A stretch of DNA of 64,000 nucleotides from a virus. Made by a program: the position numbers and the translations under genes. Below the pieces are notes generated by a model. The model was not told the DNA's origin, searched no databases, and saw nothing but the letters and a program-made list of their open reading frames with translations. Of the stretch, positions 47,967-56,846 are shown piece after piece. The stretch is from positions 11,791-75,790 of IMG/VR virus record IMGVR_UViG_3300009514_000017; one strand, 5' to 3'. Each line of letters opens with the position of its first letter. Position 1 is the stretch's first letter.

Positions 47967-50900
47967 ATGGCACGCATATCCCCGACTGAGGTCTTTGATG
48001 GCCTCAAGAAAAACACAGTCGAGTCCATCAAGTCCTACTTCCCGTTTGAAGAGGGAGGTAAGAGGCTTGAGGTCGAAGACGTTTGGGTCGATGACAAACT
48101 GGACGTCAACGATATTCAATCACAACAGAAGGCCAAGCTCGATGACAAGACCTGGGGTGTAAAGGTCAAAGCCAAGATGAAGCTCACCGATATCAAGACC
48201 GGCAAGGTCTTGGATCGAGCTACGTCCAGTGTGGCCACTCTGCCGAAGATGACGAATCGCTTCGGCTACATCGTTGGTGGAAACGAGTATCAGGTAGACA
48301 ATCTCTTCAGATTGAAGAGCGGTGTCTACACCCGAATCCAGAACAACGGCGAGTTGGAGTCTGAATTCAACTTGGCCAAGAGCCCTGTGGGTGGTCGCGG
48401 GTTCTCGGTCCACTTCGATCCAGAACGCAAGAAATTCTCGCTTCTCTACAAGACAGCCAAGATTCCACTCCTCCCAATCCTCAAGAGCATGGGGATGGCA
48501 GACGATGACATCAAGAAGAACTGGGGCAAGGAGATCTACGAGGCGAACTCCCCCAAGTCTCAGAAGGCTTATGACCAAGCACTGTTGGATTTCCAGACCA
48601 AGACCAGTGGAGATGCCACGTTCAAAGGGTCGAAAGATCCTAAGGAGTACATCAAGGAGTTCTTTCATCAGTCTGAGTTGCGACCAGACACGACCTCCAT
48701 CACTCTAGGAAAGCCATTCGATAGAGTGAGCCACGAGGTTCTATCGATTGCAGCCAACAAGGTTCTCGGTGTGTCTCGAGGAACCAACGAGCCTGACGAC
48801 CGTGACAGTCTGGCGTTCAAGGAAATCACCTCCACCGAGGACTTCATTCCAGAGAAGATCGAGAGGTCTGCTAGGGCTATCCGGGGCAAGCTTCGTCAGA
48901 CTATGGGGAGGAAAGACAAGATCAAGGAGATTATCCCTTCCGGTGAAAGAGGTCTGTTTGGTCAGCCAGTACATGACTTCTTTACCAAGGGCGGGTCTGT
49001 TGCTGAGTTGTCTGACCAGACCAACCCATTGCAGATCTTGTCTGCACATCGCAAGACTACCTTGATGTCAGAGCAGTTCGGCGGCATGAAGTCCGAACAC
49101 TCTCTCACCCCAGAGATGAAGGTGGTCAACCCTAGCCACATAGGGTTCCTTGACGTGATGAAGACTCCCGAAAGCAGTCGCTCGGGTATCACCGTCAATC
49201 TATCGCTACAGGCACAGAAGAGAGGTAAGGAGCTCGAGGCTCCTGTCTTTGATCTGAAGTCAAAGAAGTTGAAGTACGTCTCAGCCCACGAGTTTCATGG
49301 ACGCAATTCTGTATTGCCAGACCAAGTCAAATGGGTTGATGGCAAGCCGGTGCCTATAGCCAGCCGTGTCAAGATGAAGGTCGTTGGCGGGGCGATAGAA
49401 GAGCGTCCGTGGACCGACGCAGATTCTGTAATGCCAACTGCCAAGGGCATGTTTGACTTCACCTCGAACATGATTCCTTTCTTGCCGTCAGACCAGGGCA
49501 ACCGTGTGTCGATGGCAGATAAGCAGATGGAGCAGGCTATTAGCCTGAAGCATCGAGAAGCTCCACTCGTTCAGACCAAGACCGAGAAGGAAAAGACGTT
49601 CGACAAGGTGTTGGGAAACTTTGCCTCTCAGAGATCACCCGTTGCCGGGAAAGTAACCGCAGTTAGAGGTAATCAGGTTACGGTCAAGGACGCGAAGAAC
49701 AAGAGTCATAATGTCCACTTGTACGATCACTTCCCTACCAATGACCCAAAGGGAATGTTCCATTCCGAATCGTCTGTGAAGGTCGGAGACCATGTCTCAA
49801 AAGGCGATACTCTGGCGGATACCAACTTCACAAAGGGTGGAAACCTAGCACTTGGAACCAACCTCCGAGTTGGTTACGTGCCATTCAAGGGCTACAACTT
49901 CGAAGACGGTGTCGTCGTATCTGAGACGGCATCTAAGAAGTTGACCTCCGAACATCTGTACAAAGAGTCACTATCTGTGTCCCCAAACGATGGGGATCGT
50001 ATTGACAAGAATAGATTTGTTGCGGTGGCCAAGCGCAAGATCGCTCAGATGCAGCCAGGAGAGCTGGACGCCATTGGTAGTGATGGTGTGGTCCGCGTTG
50101 GTTCACATGTTCAACCAGGTCAGGTGTTGGTTACTGCGGTTGGTAAAAGCAACCTGGACAAGAGAGATCATGCTCTAGGTTCATTCGGTCGTAGAGCCAT
50201 GTCATTGGAGAAGGACAAGTCTCTGGTTTGGAACCACTCCAGTCCTGGAAAGGTGGTTCGTGTAGTCAAGAGCCCTAATGGTAAAGAGATAAAGGTTCAC
50301 GTCAAGACTGAGGAACCTTTGGTCGTCGGCGATAAGGTGGCCGGACGCCACGGTAACAAGGGCATCGTCACTAAGATTCTTCCCGATGACGAGATGCCAT
50401 TTACTGTTGATTCTAAGACCAAGGAGAAGAGGCCCATACACGTCCTTCTCAACCCGACCGGCGTGCCTTGCTACGACGATAAGACTGAATTCTTGACCGA
50501 CACTGGATGGGTTCAAGCTCCCAAGATCCATGAAGAGCATCGGTTCGCTACGATCAACCCGAAAACTCTAACTCTTGAATTCCAAGATCCAGAGGAGGTT
50601 TACCACATACCTTACACGGGTAAGATGTACAGGATTCAGAACCAGCAGCTTGACCTACTAGTTACTCCTCACCACAAGCAGTTCACTGCCAAGAGAGGGA
50701 ACCAGAAGCTGTATGGAGCGTTGGATTTAGATGACCAGGAGCTTCCGTCTCTGTTTTCATTGGATGAAGCACAGGAAATCATAGGCCAACCAAGGCGGTA
50801 TCTAAAGGCTGCTAAGTGGAAAGGTGATAGCGCGGCTTTCTACTATATAGAGCCTGGAACTTACGCTGGAGTAGGGCCTAAGCCTACTCATGGAATGAAC

Positions 50901-53900
50901 ATCCCAGCATCTATCTGGGCTGAGTTCATGGGATGGTTCTTGTCTGAAGGAAGCACGTACTTCAACAAGGCTAACTACAGCTACGTTACAGAGATTTCCC
51001 AAGACAAGAATGTAAATCCAGAAAACTATGATCGCATTCGTACGGTCATGGAATTCTTTGGGCTTACGTTGGAGGAGACGGACTCTGGTATTCGCGTTAA
51101 GCACAAGGGCTTATTTGAACGACTGGCTTTGTTGGGTAAGGCTCGAGAGAAGTATATTCCTAGAGAGATCTTGGACATGGAGCCACGGCATTTAAGGCTA
51201 TTCCTAGATGCTGCTGTACGAGGTGATGGATCTGAGACTTGGGATGCAGAGACGGGTCACTACGGTAACAAGAAGTATTGGACTGCTTCTAAAAGGTTGG
51301 CTGATGGGATTCAGGAAGTAGCTGCCAAGCTTGGAATTGCAGCCAATATAAAGCGTGAGAGTCGTAGAGGTGATGACGCTTGCTACTACATTTCTTTGAG
51401 TGGGAGTCGTTTAGCGCCATGGGTAAATTGGTCATCAACGACTAAGTCTAACCAGGTTGAAGAGTGGGAGGACTACGACGGAGTAGTTCACTGCGCTACA
51501 GTTCCGAACGGAACTCTCTTGGTTCGTAGGAATGGAAAGGCAGTCTTCAGCGGGAATACAAGAATCAACGTTGGTCAGGTTCTAGAGACAGCAGCAGGGA
51601 AGATTGCTGAGAAGACTGGTAAGCCTTTCATAGTCGACAACTTTGGTGACCCCAAGTCCAACAATCGCAAGATGGTAGCGGATGCTCTTAAGGCACACGG
51701 GCTCACTGATGAAGAAGATGTCTACGACCCGAGCAATGTGAAGAAGCCAATCGGTTCCGTCCTGGTTGGTCCACAGCACATACTCAAGTTGCAGCACCAG
51801 GTTGAAAAGAAGCTTACCTCCCGTGGTGGTTCAACTACTGCTGGTGGAGCTGGACTCAAGTTCGACAGTGACAGGCAGCCACAGAAGGGTGGGGAGCACG
51901 GGTCTCAGGGATTTGGTCAGCTGGAACTCTACTCGTTGCTTGCACATGGGGCCAAGCACAACATCCGTGAGTTTGCCACGTACAAGTCCGACGAACAGAA
52001 TGAGCAGTTCTGGGCGCAACTACAGTCCGGTAGAGAGCCGCCACCTCCAAAGGTGCCATTCGCTTACAACAAGTTTGAAGCTCTCCTAAAGGGGTTGGGT
52101 GTCAATGTAGAGAAGCATGGAACTGAGATTCAACTTCTACCATCAACAGACAGGCAGACTATTGCTGCTGCTGGTGGAGCGTCTGGGGAATTGAAGAAAG
52201 CCAACTTGACGTTGCAGTCAAAGACCCTCAGGGAAGAAAAGGGTGGTCTGTTCGACAAGATGGTGACAGGCGGCAAGGATGGAAACAACTGGAGTTACAT
52301 CAAGCTTACAGACCCAATGCCAAATCCAGTGTTCGTTGGCAGTGGAAACCTACCAGGTCCAATCCCTGCACTCCTAGGCATGAAGATCAAGGATGTCGAA
52401 GACGTGATGAAGGGCAAGACCAAGCTTCATGGGAAAACTGGCGGAGAGGCAATCAAGGAGGCTCTTTCCAAGATCAACGTGACTGCCGAGTTGGCAAAGA
52501 CTAAGGGCAGGCTTCATGGGTTGACGGGATCTGAGTTGGATAGGGCCAATAAGAGGTTCAAGTATCTGTCTGTACTCAAGGACAAGAACCTTCGTCCCGA
52601 AGACGCTTACATGATGTCGGCAGTTCCGGTTCTTCCACCGAAGTTCAGACCGGTTCAGGAGTTGCCAACAGGTGATCTCAGTGTCCACCCACTCAACGGC
52701 ATGTATAAGAACATCGCCATCCTCAACCAGAAGCTGGTGCAAGCAAAGGCGGACAAGAATCTGGATGATGATCGCACGGAGTTGGCTGCTGATCTGTACG
52801 ACAAGATGAAAGCGTTGCAGTCCGTTGGTGGTTCTTCTGCTTTCGATCTGGATTCCCCAAACAGCAAGCGTAAGTTGAAGGGAATCATGGAGACCATTGC
52901 TGGAACCAATGCTCCAAAGGAAGGCTACTTCCAGGACAGGTTGGTAAAGAAGCGTTTGGGTATGTCGATGAGATCTACCATCACTCCAGAGCCACGATTG
53001 AGCCTGGATGAGGTTGGCATTCCTAGAAACGCTGCCATGGAGATGTACAAGACTTACGTTCAGGCAGAACTAGTGAAGCATGGTATCTCGAGGCCAAGAG
53101 CTGACTTGATGATTCGTCAGAATGATCCTGTTGCTCATAAAGCTCTAGAGACAGTGATTGGTGATAGACCTGTAATCTTGAAGAGAGACCCAGCCCTACA
53201 CAAGTTCAGTGTAATGGGATTCAAGCCAAAGATCGTTGAGGGAAAATCTATTCAGATCCACCCTCTCGTGACCGGCGGTTTCAACGCGGACTTTGACGGC
53301 GATCAACAGCTTGGATCAGTACTTGTGAACGTTTCAGAGGAGATATACAACTCCGACTTGGACTTTTGGAAGCCAAGGCGGTGCAAGGTGAGTGCAAGGT
53401 TTGAAGAGGTAGTTGGGTTTGAGTTCAACGGTTATTTCGCAGTGTGTAACTTGGAGGACTTTCCCCGTAGTGAGCTAGTGGGAACCAAGGACCACATTGA
53501 ATTTTGGACTGTTCCAGAAGGGGTCAAGGTAGCAGCTGTAGATGAAGCTTCTGGCAAGGTGACGCTGACTAAGGTGTCCCATTGGTCTCTTCATCTTGCG
53601 CGCAAGATTGAGATCGTCAATCTGGGAAGTGGGCGTCAGATTATTACTGACGACGATGAGCGCGCTGTCTACGGGCTCGATGCTTCTTCACTCGAGTGGT
53701 GCCGCCGTCGACCCAAGGACGCAAAGCTTCAGTTCGTGCCAGTGGTTGATGAGTCACCTCGTCTAGAGTCTTTCCTATCTGAGGTCCCTCTTCCCAGCAG
53801 TCCAAGGCTCAAGGCGACAGCTACCCTAGACGAGTCCTTCGGTTACTTCATGGGGGCTATGGTTGGAGATGGGTGGGCCTCTTTTGCTGAAGGCACTCCA

Positions 53901-56846
53901 AGGGCTATCAATATTGCGTCTAGCTACGGAGATGTAGATACAGCTTGGAAGTCCTCGCTTCTATCCATCTTCAAGGACGCTCCAACAGTTACGAGATCTG
54001 AAGCTACTGAGGGCAAGTTGGGTAACTCCACTGGCTCTACTCGTTTTACAGTCAGCTGTGTTGCTGCGGCTAAGTTCATTGCAAAAACCTTAGGACGGTC
54101 AGCGCAGAAGAAGCATCTCCCAACCTTTGCTACGGCGGCTCCGAAGAGTTTCATCCTTGGACTCCTAGGTGGGCTTTGGGATACCGATGGTTCGATGTCT
54201 TGGTCAAAAGCTAAGGCTAAGAAACAGTTCATGTGCTCGTATTCATCTACAAGCATTCGACTTGTCCAAGAGATTCAGTATCTCCTAAGGATGTTGGGGG
54301 TCTCTGCATCTATTACCCCAACAGAAACTCCAGCAGGTGGACCAGCTTGGGTGTTGACGGTGTCAACTGTCGACCTTTACCGAATAGGTGGGTTTCCAGT
54401 TCACCATTCGGATAAGAAGGCACATCAGACTGAGTTCTTGAACGGTGCCAAGCCAGATGATCGGATGGCGTACAGCCGTTACCGTCTGGTTCCTACCCCT
54501 TCCGCTCTAGCCTCAGAGATGAGGTCTGTCATTGGCTCAAAAGAAGATCGAAGCTTGTACATCACGCTCTCAAAGGCCATTGAGCGTCAGTACATGTCGA
54601 AGAACATGGCGGAGAAGCTTCTCGATATCGACTGCTCGCATCCTCTGTTCAACAAGTGGAAGTCTATAGTTCAGATGCCTGGGGTTCACTTCGAGAGAGT
54701 TGATAGCGTTGAGGTCACGAATATTAGAGAGGATGGGTACGACCTAACGGTTCCTGATCATGAGACTTTCATGTCCATCGACGGAATTGTTCTCTCCAAC
54801 ACGATGGCTGCAACCATTCCAATGACTCAGGAGGCGGTAGCCGAAGCACGGAAGATGTTCCCATCGAAACACCTTTTCTCCTCCACGAACTTTGGTGTGA
54901 TGCACACCCCAGGTCAGGAAGCCATCATCGGCTTGAACCTTATGACACGTTGGGGAAAGAAAACTAATAAGAAATTCAGGGACATAGCCTCTGCAAAGAA
55001 GGCTTATAAAGGTGGGTCTATAGAGCTGACCGACGTCATCGAGCTGACTGGGTCCAAGGGTCCAACCACTGTTGGCAGGTTGATGATTGCTGAGAAGATG
55101 CCTCATGGTTTCTCTGGCAACCACGGCATCATGCACGACTCCAAGTTCGAGTTCACCAAGAAGTCCATCAAGCAAACGGCTACCAAGATTGCCAATGAGA
55201 AGCGTGGTCAGTTCGCCAATGCGATGGACAACTTGAAAGACCTAGGAAATGAGTTCTCGTACTCTCAGGGGTTCTCGTTTGGGCTGAAAGATCTGGAGAC
55301 TCTACCAAGGAGGGATTCCATCCTTGCAGCGGCAGACAAGAAGGCGGCGGTCGTCAGGAAGACAGTCAAAGATCACAAGAAGCAGGAGTTGATGCTGGCC
55401 AAGATCTATGAGGACGCCACCAATCAGATGGAGAAACACGCCGTCGAACACTTCGTCAAGGGTGGAAGAAAGAACCGATTGATGTCCATGGTGTACTCCG
55501 GCTCTCGTGGTTCGGAGTCACAGCTAAGGCAGATGATCGCGGCTCCTATGATGATGATCGACCACAGTGGAAAGGTGATCACCAACCCAGCAAGGAAGAG
55601 TTATTCCGAAGGTCTGGATATCGGTGACTATTGGAAGACCCAGCACGGAGCCAGGAAGGGGACGTTGGATAGGGCAGTAGGAACTCAGGAGCCCGGGGCG
55701 CTTACCAAGGACATCCTCAACTCAACTATGAACATCCATGTAGTCTCCAAGGACTGCATGACTACACAAGGTGTTCATATGGCTCTAGAGTCTAGTGACG
55801 GCAGTACACCTCCAGACATCTTCGACCGATACACCTCTGTTCCGTACACATTGAAGTCAGGAAAGAAGGTTCCAGCAGGCTCAGTCATCACTCCGGCGCT
55901 GGTCGATCAGTTGAAGGAATCCAAGATCAACAAGATCTTGTGCAGGTCGCCACTGAAGTGCCAGCACGGAAAAGGAATCTGCTCGAAGTGCTTTGGTTTG
56001 AACGAGAACGGGGAGCTACATTCTGTTGGAACCAACATCGGTGTGCTGGCTGGTCAGGCATTGGGTGAGCCTGTTACTCAGATGGCGATGGATGCCTTCC
56101 ATTCGGGTGGTGTTGCTGGAGCAGCAGGTGCTCAAAAGGTTGACAAGTTCACCAGACTGAAGCAGCTCTTGAACGTGCATCAGACGTTGAAGGACTCAGC
56201 CACCCTGGCTCGAGTGTCTGGAACTATTACGTCCGTCAAGAAGGATGCAGCAGGTGGTCTAGATATTTTCATTGGTAAGGAGCGCCATTACGTTCCAGCC
56301 AAGCTAGTGAATGATGGCATCAAGGTTGGAACCAAGATTATCAGAGGTCAGTCACTTTCCCACCCGTCATCTCCAGTCAACCCACACCACCTACTTGGCG
56401 TGACTGGAGATATGAGTAGAGTCCAGAACTACATCACTGAAGAGTTGGCTGAGGGACCTTACAAGGGGAGGCTGCGTCGTCGTAACGTTGAGGTAGCAGT
56501 TCGTGGCCTGACGAATGTGGCTACAGTGACTGGCAGTGGAACCAACAGCCCTTGGCAACCTGGTGATAAGGTTCCGCTGTCGGTTATTGAGATGCACAAC
56601 AGGAAGTTGAAGAAGAAGGACAAGCCTGTGGAGTTCTCTCCACAGTTGGTTGGCTCTCAGCAGGTTCCTCTCACCTCTACGGATTGGATGGCTCGCTTGA
56701 ACTATCAGAGGTTGCCATCAACAATCATGCAGGCGGCATCGCAGGGATGGAAGTCTGATATTCACGGCCAGCATCCGATCCCTGGCATAGTGTACGGTGC
56801 AGAGTTTGGTAAACCACCCAAGGGCAAGCTGCCGGGGTCGTACTGA
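47967..56846 (+). CDS. rpoBC: Fused beta-beta' DNA-directed RNA polymerase precursor with two inteins
   Basis: Beta motifs: DQTNPL, GYNFEDG, GDKVAGRHGNKG, NPTGVP/TRINVGQ, GFGQLE. Beta' motifs: PVLPP, KRDPALH, NADFDGD, GARKG, CQHGKGICSKCFG, GEPVTQ. All in one frame. ATG 47967 preferred over GTG 47958. Confidence 0.95.
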   Translation: MARISPTEVFDGLKKNTVESIKSYFPFEEGGKRLEVEDVWVDDKLDVNDIQSQQKAKLDDKTWGVKVKAKMKLTDIKTGKVLDRATSSVATLPKMTNRFGYIVGGNEYQVDNLFRLKSGVYTRIQNNGELESEFNLAKSPVGGRGFSVHFDPERKKFSLLYKTAKIPLLPILKSMGMADDDIKKNWGKEIYEANSPKSQKAYDQALLDFQTKTSGDATFKGSKDPKEYIKEFFHQSELRPDTTSITLGKPFDRVSHEVLSIAANKVLGVSRGTNEPDDRDSLAFKEITSTEDFIPEKIERSARAIRGKLRQTMGRKDKIKEIIPSGERGLFGQPVHDFFTKGGSVAELSDQTNPLQILSAHRKTTLMSEQFGGMKSEHSLTPEMKVVNPSHIGFLDVMKTPESSRSGITVNLSLQAQKRGKELEAPVFDLKSKKLKYVSAHEFHGRNSVLPDQVKWVDGKPVPIASRVKMKVVGGAIEERPWTDADSVMPTAKGMFDFTSNMIPFLPSDQGNRVSMADKQMEQAISLKHREAPLVQTKTEKEKTFDKVLGNFASQRSPVAGKVTAVRGNQVTVKDAKNKSHNVHLYDHFPTNDPKGMFHSESSVKVGDHVSKGDTLADTNFTKGGNLALGTNLRVGYVPFKGYNFEDGVVVSETASKKLTSEHLYKESLSVSPNDGDRIDKNRFVAVAKRKIAQMQPGELDAIGSDGVVRVGSHVQPGQVLVTAVGKSNLDKRDHALGSFGRRAMSLEKDKSLVWNHSSPGKVVRVVKSPNGKEIKVHVKTEEPLVVGDKVAGRHGNKGIVTKILPDDEMPFTVDSKTKEKRPIHVLLNPTGVPCYDDKTEFLTDTGWVQAPKIHEEHRFATINPKTLTLEFQDPEEVYHIPYTGKMYRIQNQQLDLLVTPHHKQFTAKRGNQKLYGALDLDDQELPSLFSLDEAQEIIGQPRRYLKAAKWKGDSAAFYYIEPGTYAGVGPKPTHGMNIPASIWAEFMGWFLSEGSTYFNKANYSYVTEISQDKNVNPENYDRIRTVMEFFGLTLEETDSGIRVKHKGLFERLALLGKAREKYIPREILDMEPRHLRLFLDAAVRGDGSETWDAETGHYGNKKYWTASKRLADGIQEVAAKLGIAANIKRESRRGDDACYYISLSGSRLAPWVNWSSTTKSNQVEEWEDYDGVVHCATVPNGTLLVRRNGKAVFSGNTRINVGQVLETAAGKIAEKTGKPFIVDNFGDPKSNNRKMVADALKAHGLTDEEDVYDPSNVKKPIGSVLVGPQHILKLQHQVEKKLTSRGGSTTAGGAGLKFDSDRQPQKGGEHGSQGFGQLELYSLLAHGAKHNIREFATYKSDEQNEQFWAQLQSGREPPPPKVPFAYNKFEALLKGLGVNVEKHGTEIQLLPSTDRQTIAAAGGASGELKKANLTLQSKTLREEKGGLFDKMVTGGKDGNNWSYIKLTDPMPNPVFVGSGNLPGPIPALLGMKIKDVEDVMKGKTKLHGKTGGEAIKEALSKINVTAELAKTKGRLHGLTGSELDRANKRFKYLSVLKDKNLRPEDAYMMSAVPVLPPKFRPVQELPTGDLSVHPLNGMYKNIAILNQKLVQAKADKNLDDDRTELAADLYDKMKALQSVGGSSAFDLDSPNSKRKLKGIMETIAGTNAPKEGYFQDRLVKKRLGMSMRSTITPEPRLSLDEVGIPRNAAMEMYKTYVQAELVKHGISRPRADLMIRQNDPVAHKALETVIGDRPVILKRDPALHKFSVMGFKPKIVEGKSIQIHPLVTGGFNADFDGDQQLGSVLVNVSEEIYNSDLDFWKPRRCKVSARFEEVVGFEFNGYFAVCNLEDFPRSELVGTKDHIEFWTVPEGVKVAAVDEASGKVTLTKVSHWSLHLARKIEIVNLGSGRQIITDDDERAVYGLDASSLEWCRRRPKDAKLQFVPVVDESPRLESFLSEVPLPSSPRLKATATLDESFGYFMGAMVGDGWASFAEGTPRAINIASSYGDVDTAWKSSLLSIFKDAPTVTRSEATEGKLGNSTGSTRFTVSCVAAAKFIAKTLGRSAQKKHLPTFATAAPKSFILGLLGGLWDTDGSMSWSKAKAKKQFMCSYSSTSIRLVQEIQYLLRMLGVSASITPTETPAGGPAWVLTVSTVDLYRIGGFPVHHSDKKAHQTEFLNGAKPDDRMAYSRYRLVPTPSALASEMRSVIGSKEDRSLYITLSKAIERQYMSKNMAEKLLDIDCSHPLFNKWKSIVQMPGVHFERVDSVEVTNIREDGYDLTVPDHETFMSIDGIVLSNTMAATIPMTQEAVAEARKMFPSKHLFSSTNFGVMHTPGQEAIIGLNLMTRWGKKTNKKFRDIASAKKAYKGGSIELTDVIELTGSKGPTTVGRLMIAEKMPHGFSGNHGIMHDSKFEFTKKSIKQTATKIANEKRGQFANAMDNLKDLGNEFSYSQGFSFGLKDLETLPRRDSILAAADKKAAVVRKTVKDHKKQELMLAKIYEDATNQMEKHAVEHFVKGGRKNRLMSMVYSGSRGSESQLRQMIAAPMMMIDHSGKVITNPARKSYSEGLDIGDYWKTQHGARKGTLDRAVGTQEPGALTKDILNSTMNIHVVSKDCMTTQGVHMALESSDGSTPPDIFDRYTSVPYTLKSGKKVPAGSVITPALVDQLKESKINKILCRSPLKCQHGKGICSKCFGLNENGELHSVGTNIGVLAGQALGEPVTQMAMDAFHSGGVAGAAGAQKVDKFTRLKQLLNVHQTLKDSATLARVSGTITSVKKDAAGGLDIFIGKERHYVPAKLVNDGIKVGTKIIRGQSLSHPSSPVNPHHLLGVTGDMSRVQNYITEELAEGPYKGRLRRRNVEVAVRGLTNVATVTGSGTNSPWQPGDKVPLSVIEMHNRKLKKKDKPVEFSPQLVGSQQVPLTSTDWMARLNYQRLPSTIMQAASQGWKSDIHGQHPIPGIVYGAEFGKPPKGKLPGSY
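50469..51557 (+). mobile_element. Intein 1 (363 aa, class 1, LAGLIDADG homing endonuclease) in the beta region
   Basis: GVP|CYDDKTEFLT..VTPHH..FMGWFLSEGS..AVRGDGS..VHCATVPNG..FSGN|TRINVGQ. Removal restores the conserved NPxGVPSRMNxGQ motif. Confidence 0.9.
53304..54800 (+). mobile_element. Intein 2 (499 aa, atypical Gln1, LAGLIDADG) directly after catalytic NADFDGD
   Basis: NADFDGD|QQLG..FMGAMVGDG..LWDTDGS..GYDLTVPDHETF..IVLSN|TMAATIP. Removal restores a NADFDGD-xMA-like active-site loop. Confidence 0.85.

Noticed and set aside
53304-54800. Insert 2 as a group I intron or a class 3 intein (LEWC noted)
   Set aside because: The insert is fully in frame with intein block F/G and a terminal Asn before Thr. 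The class 3 Cys must be in block F, where this sequence has Asp.
47967-56846. Host chromosomal rpoBC or a bacterial contig
   Set aside because: No ribosomal-protein neighbours, strongly diverged sequence, flanked by portal-like and spike genes.
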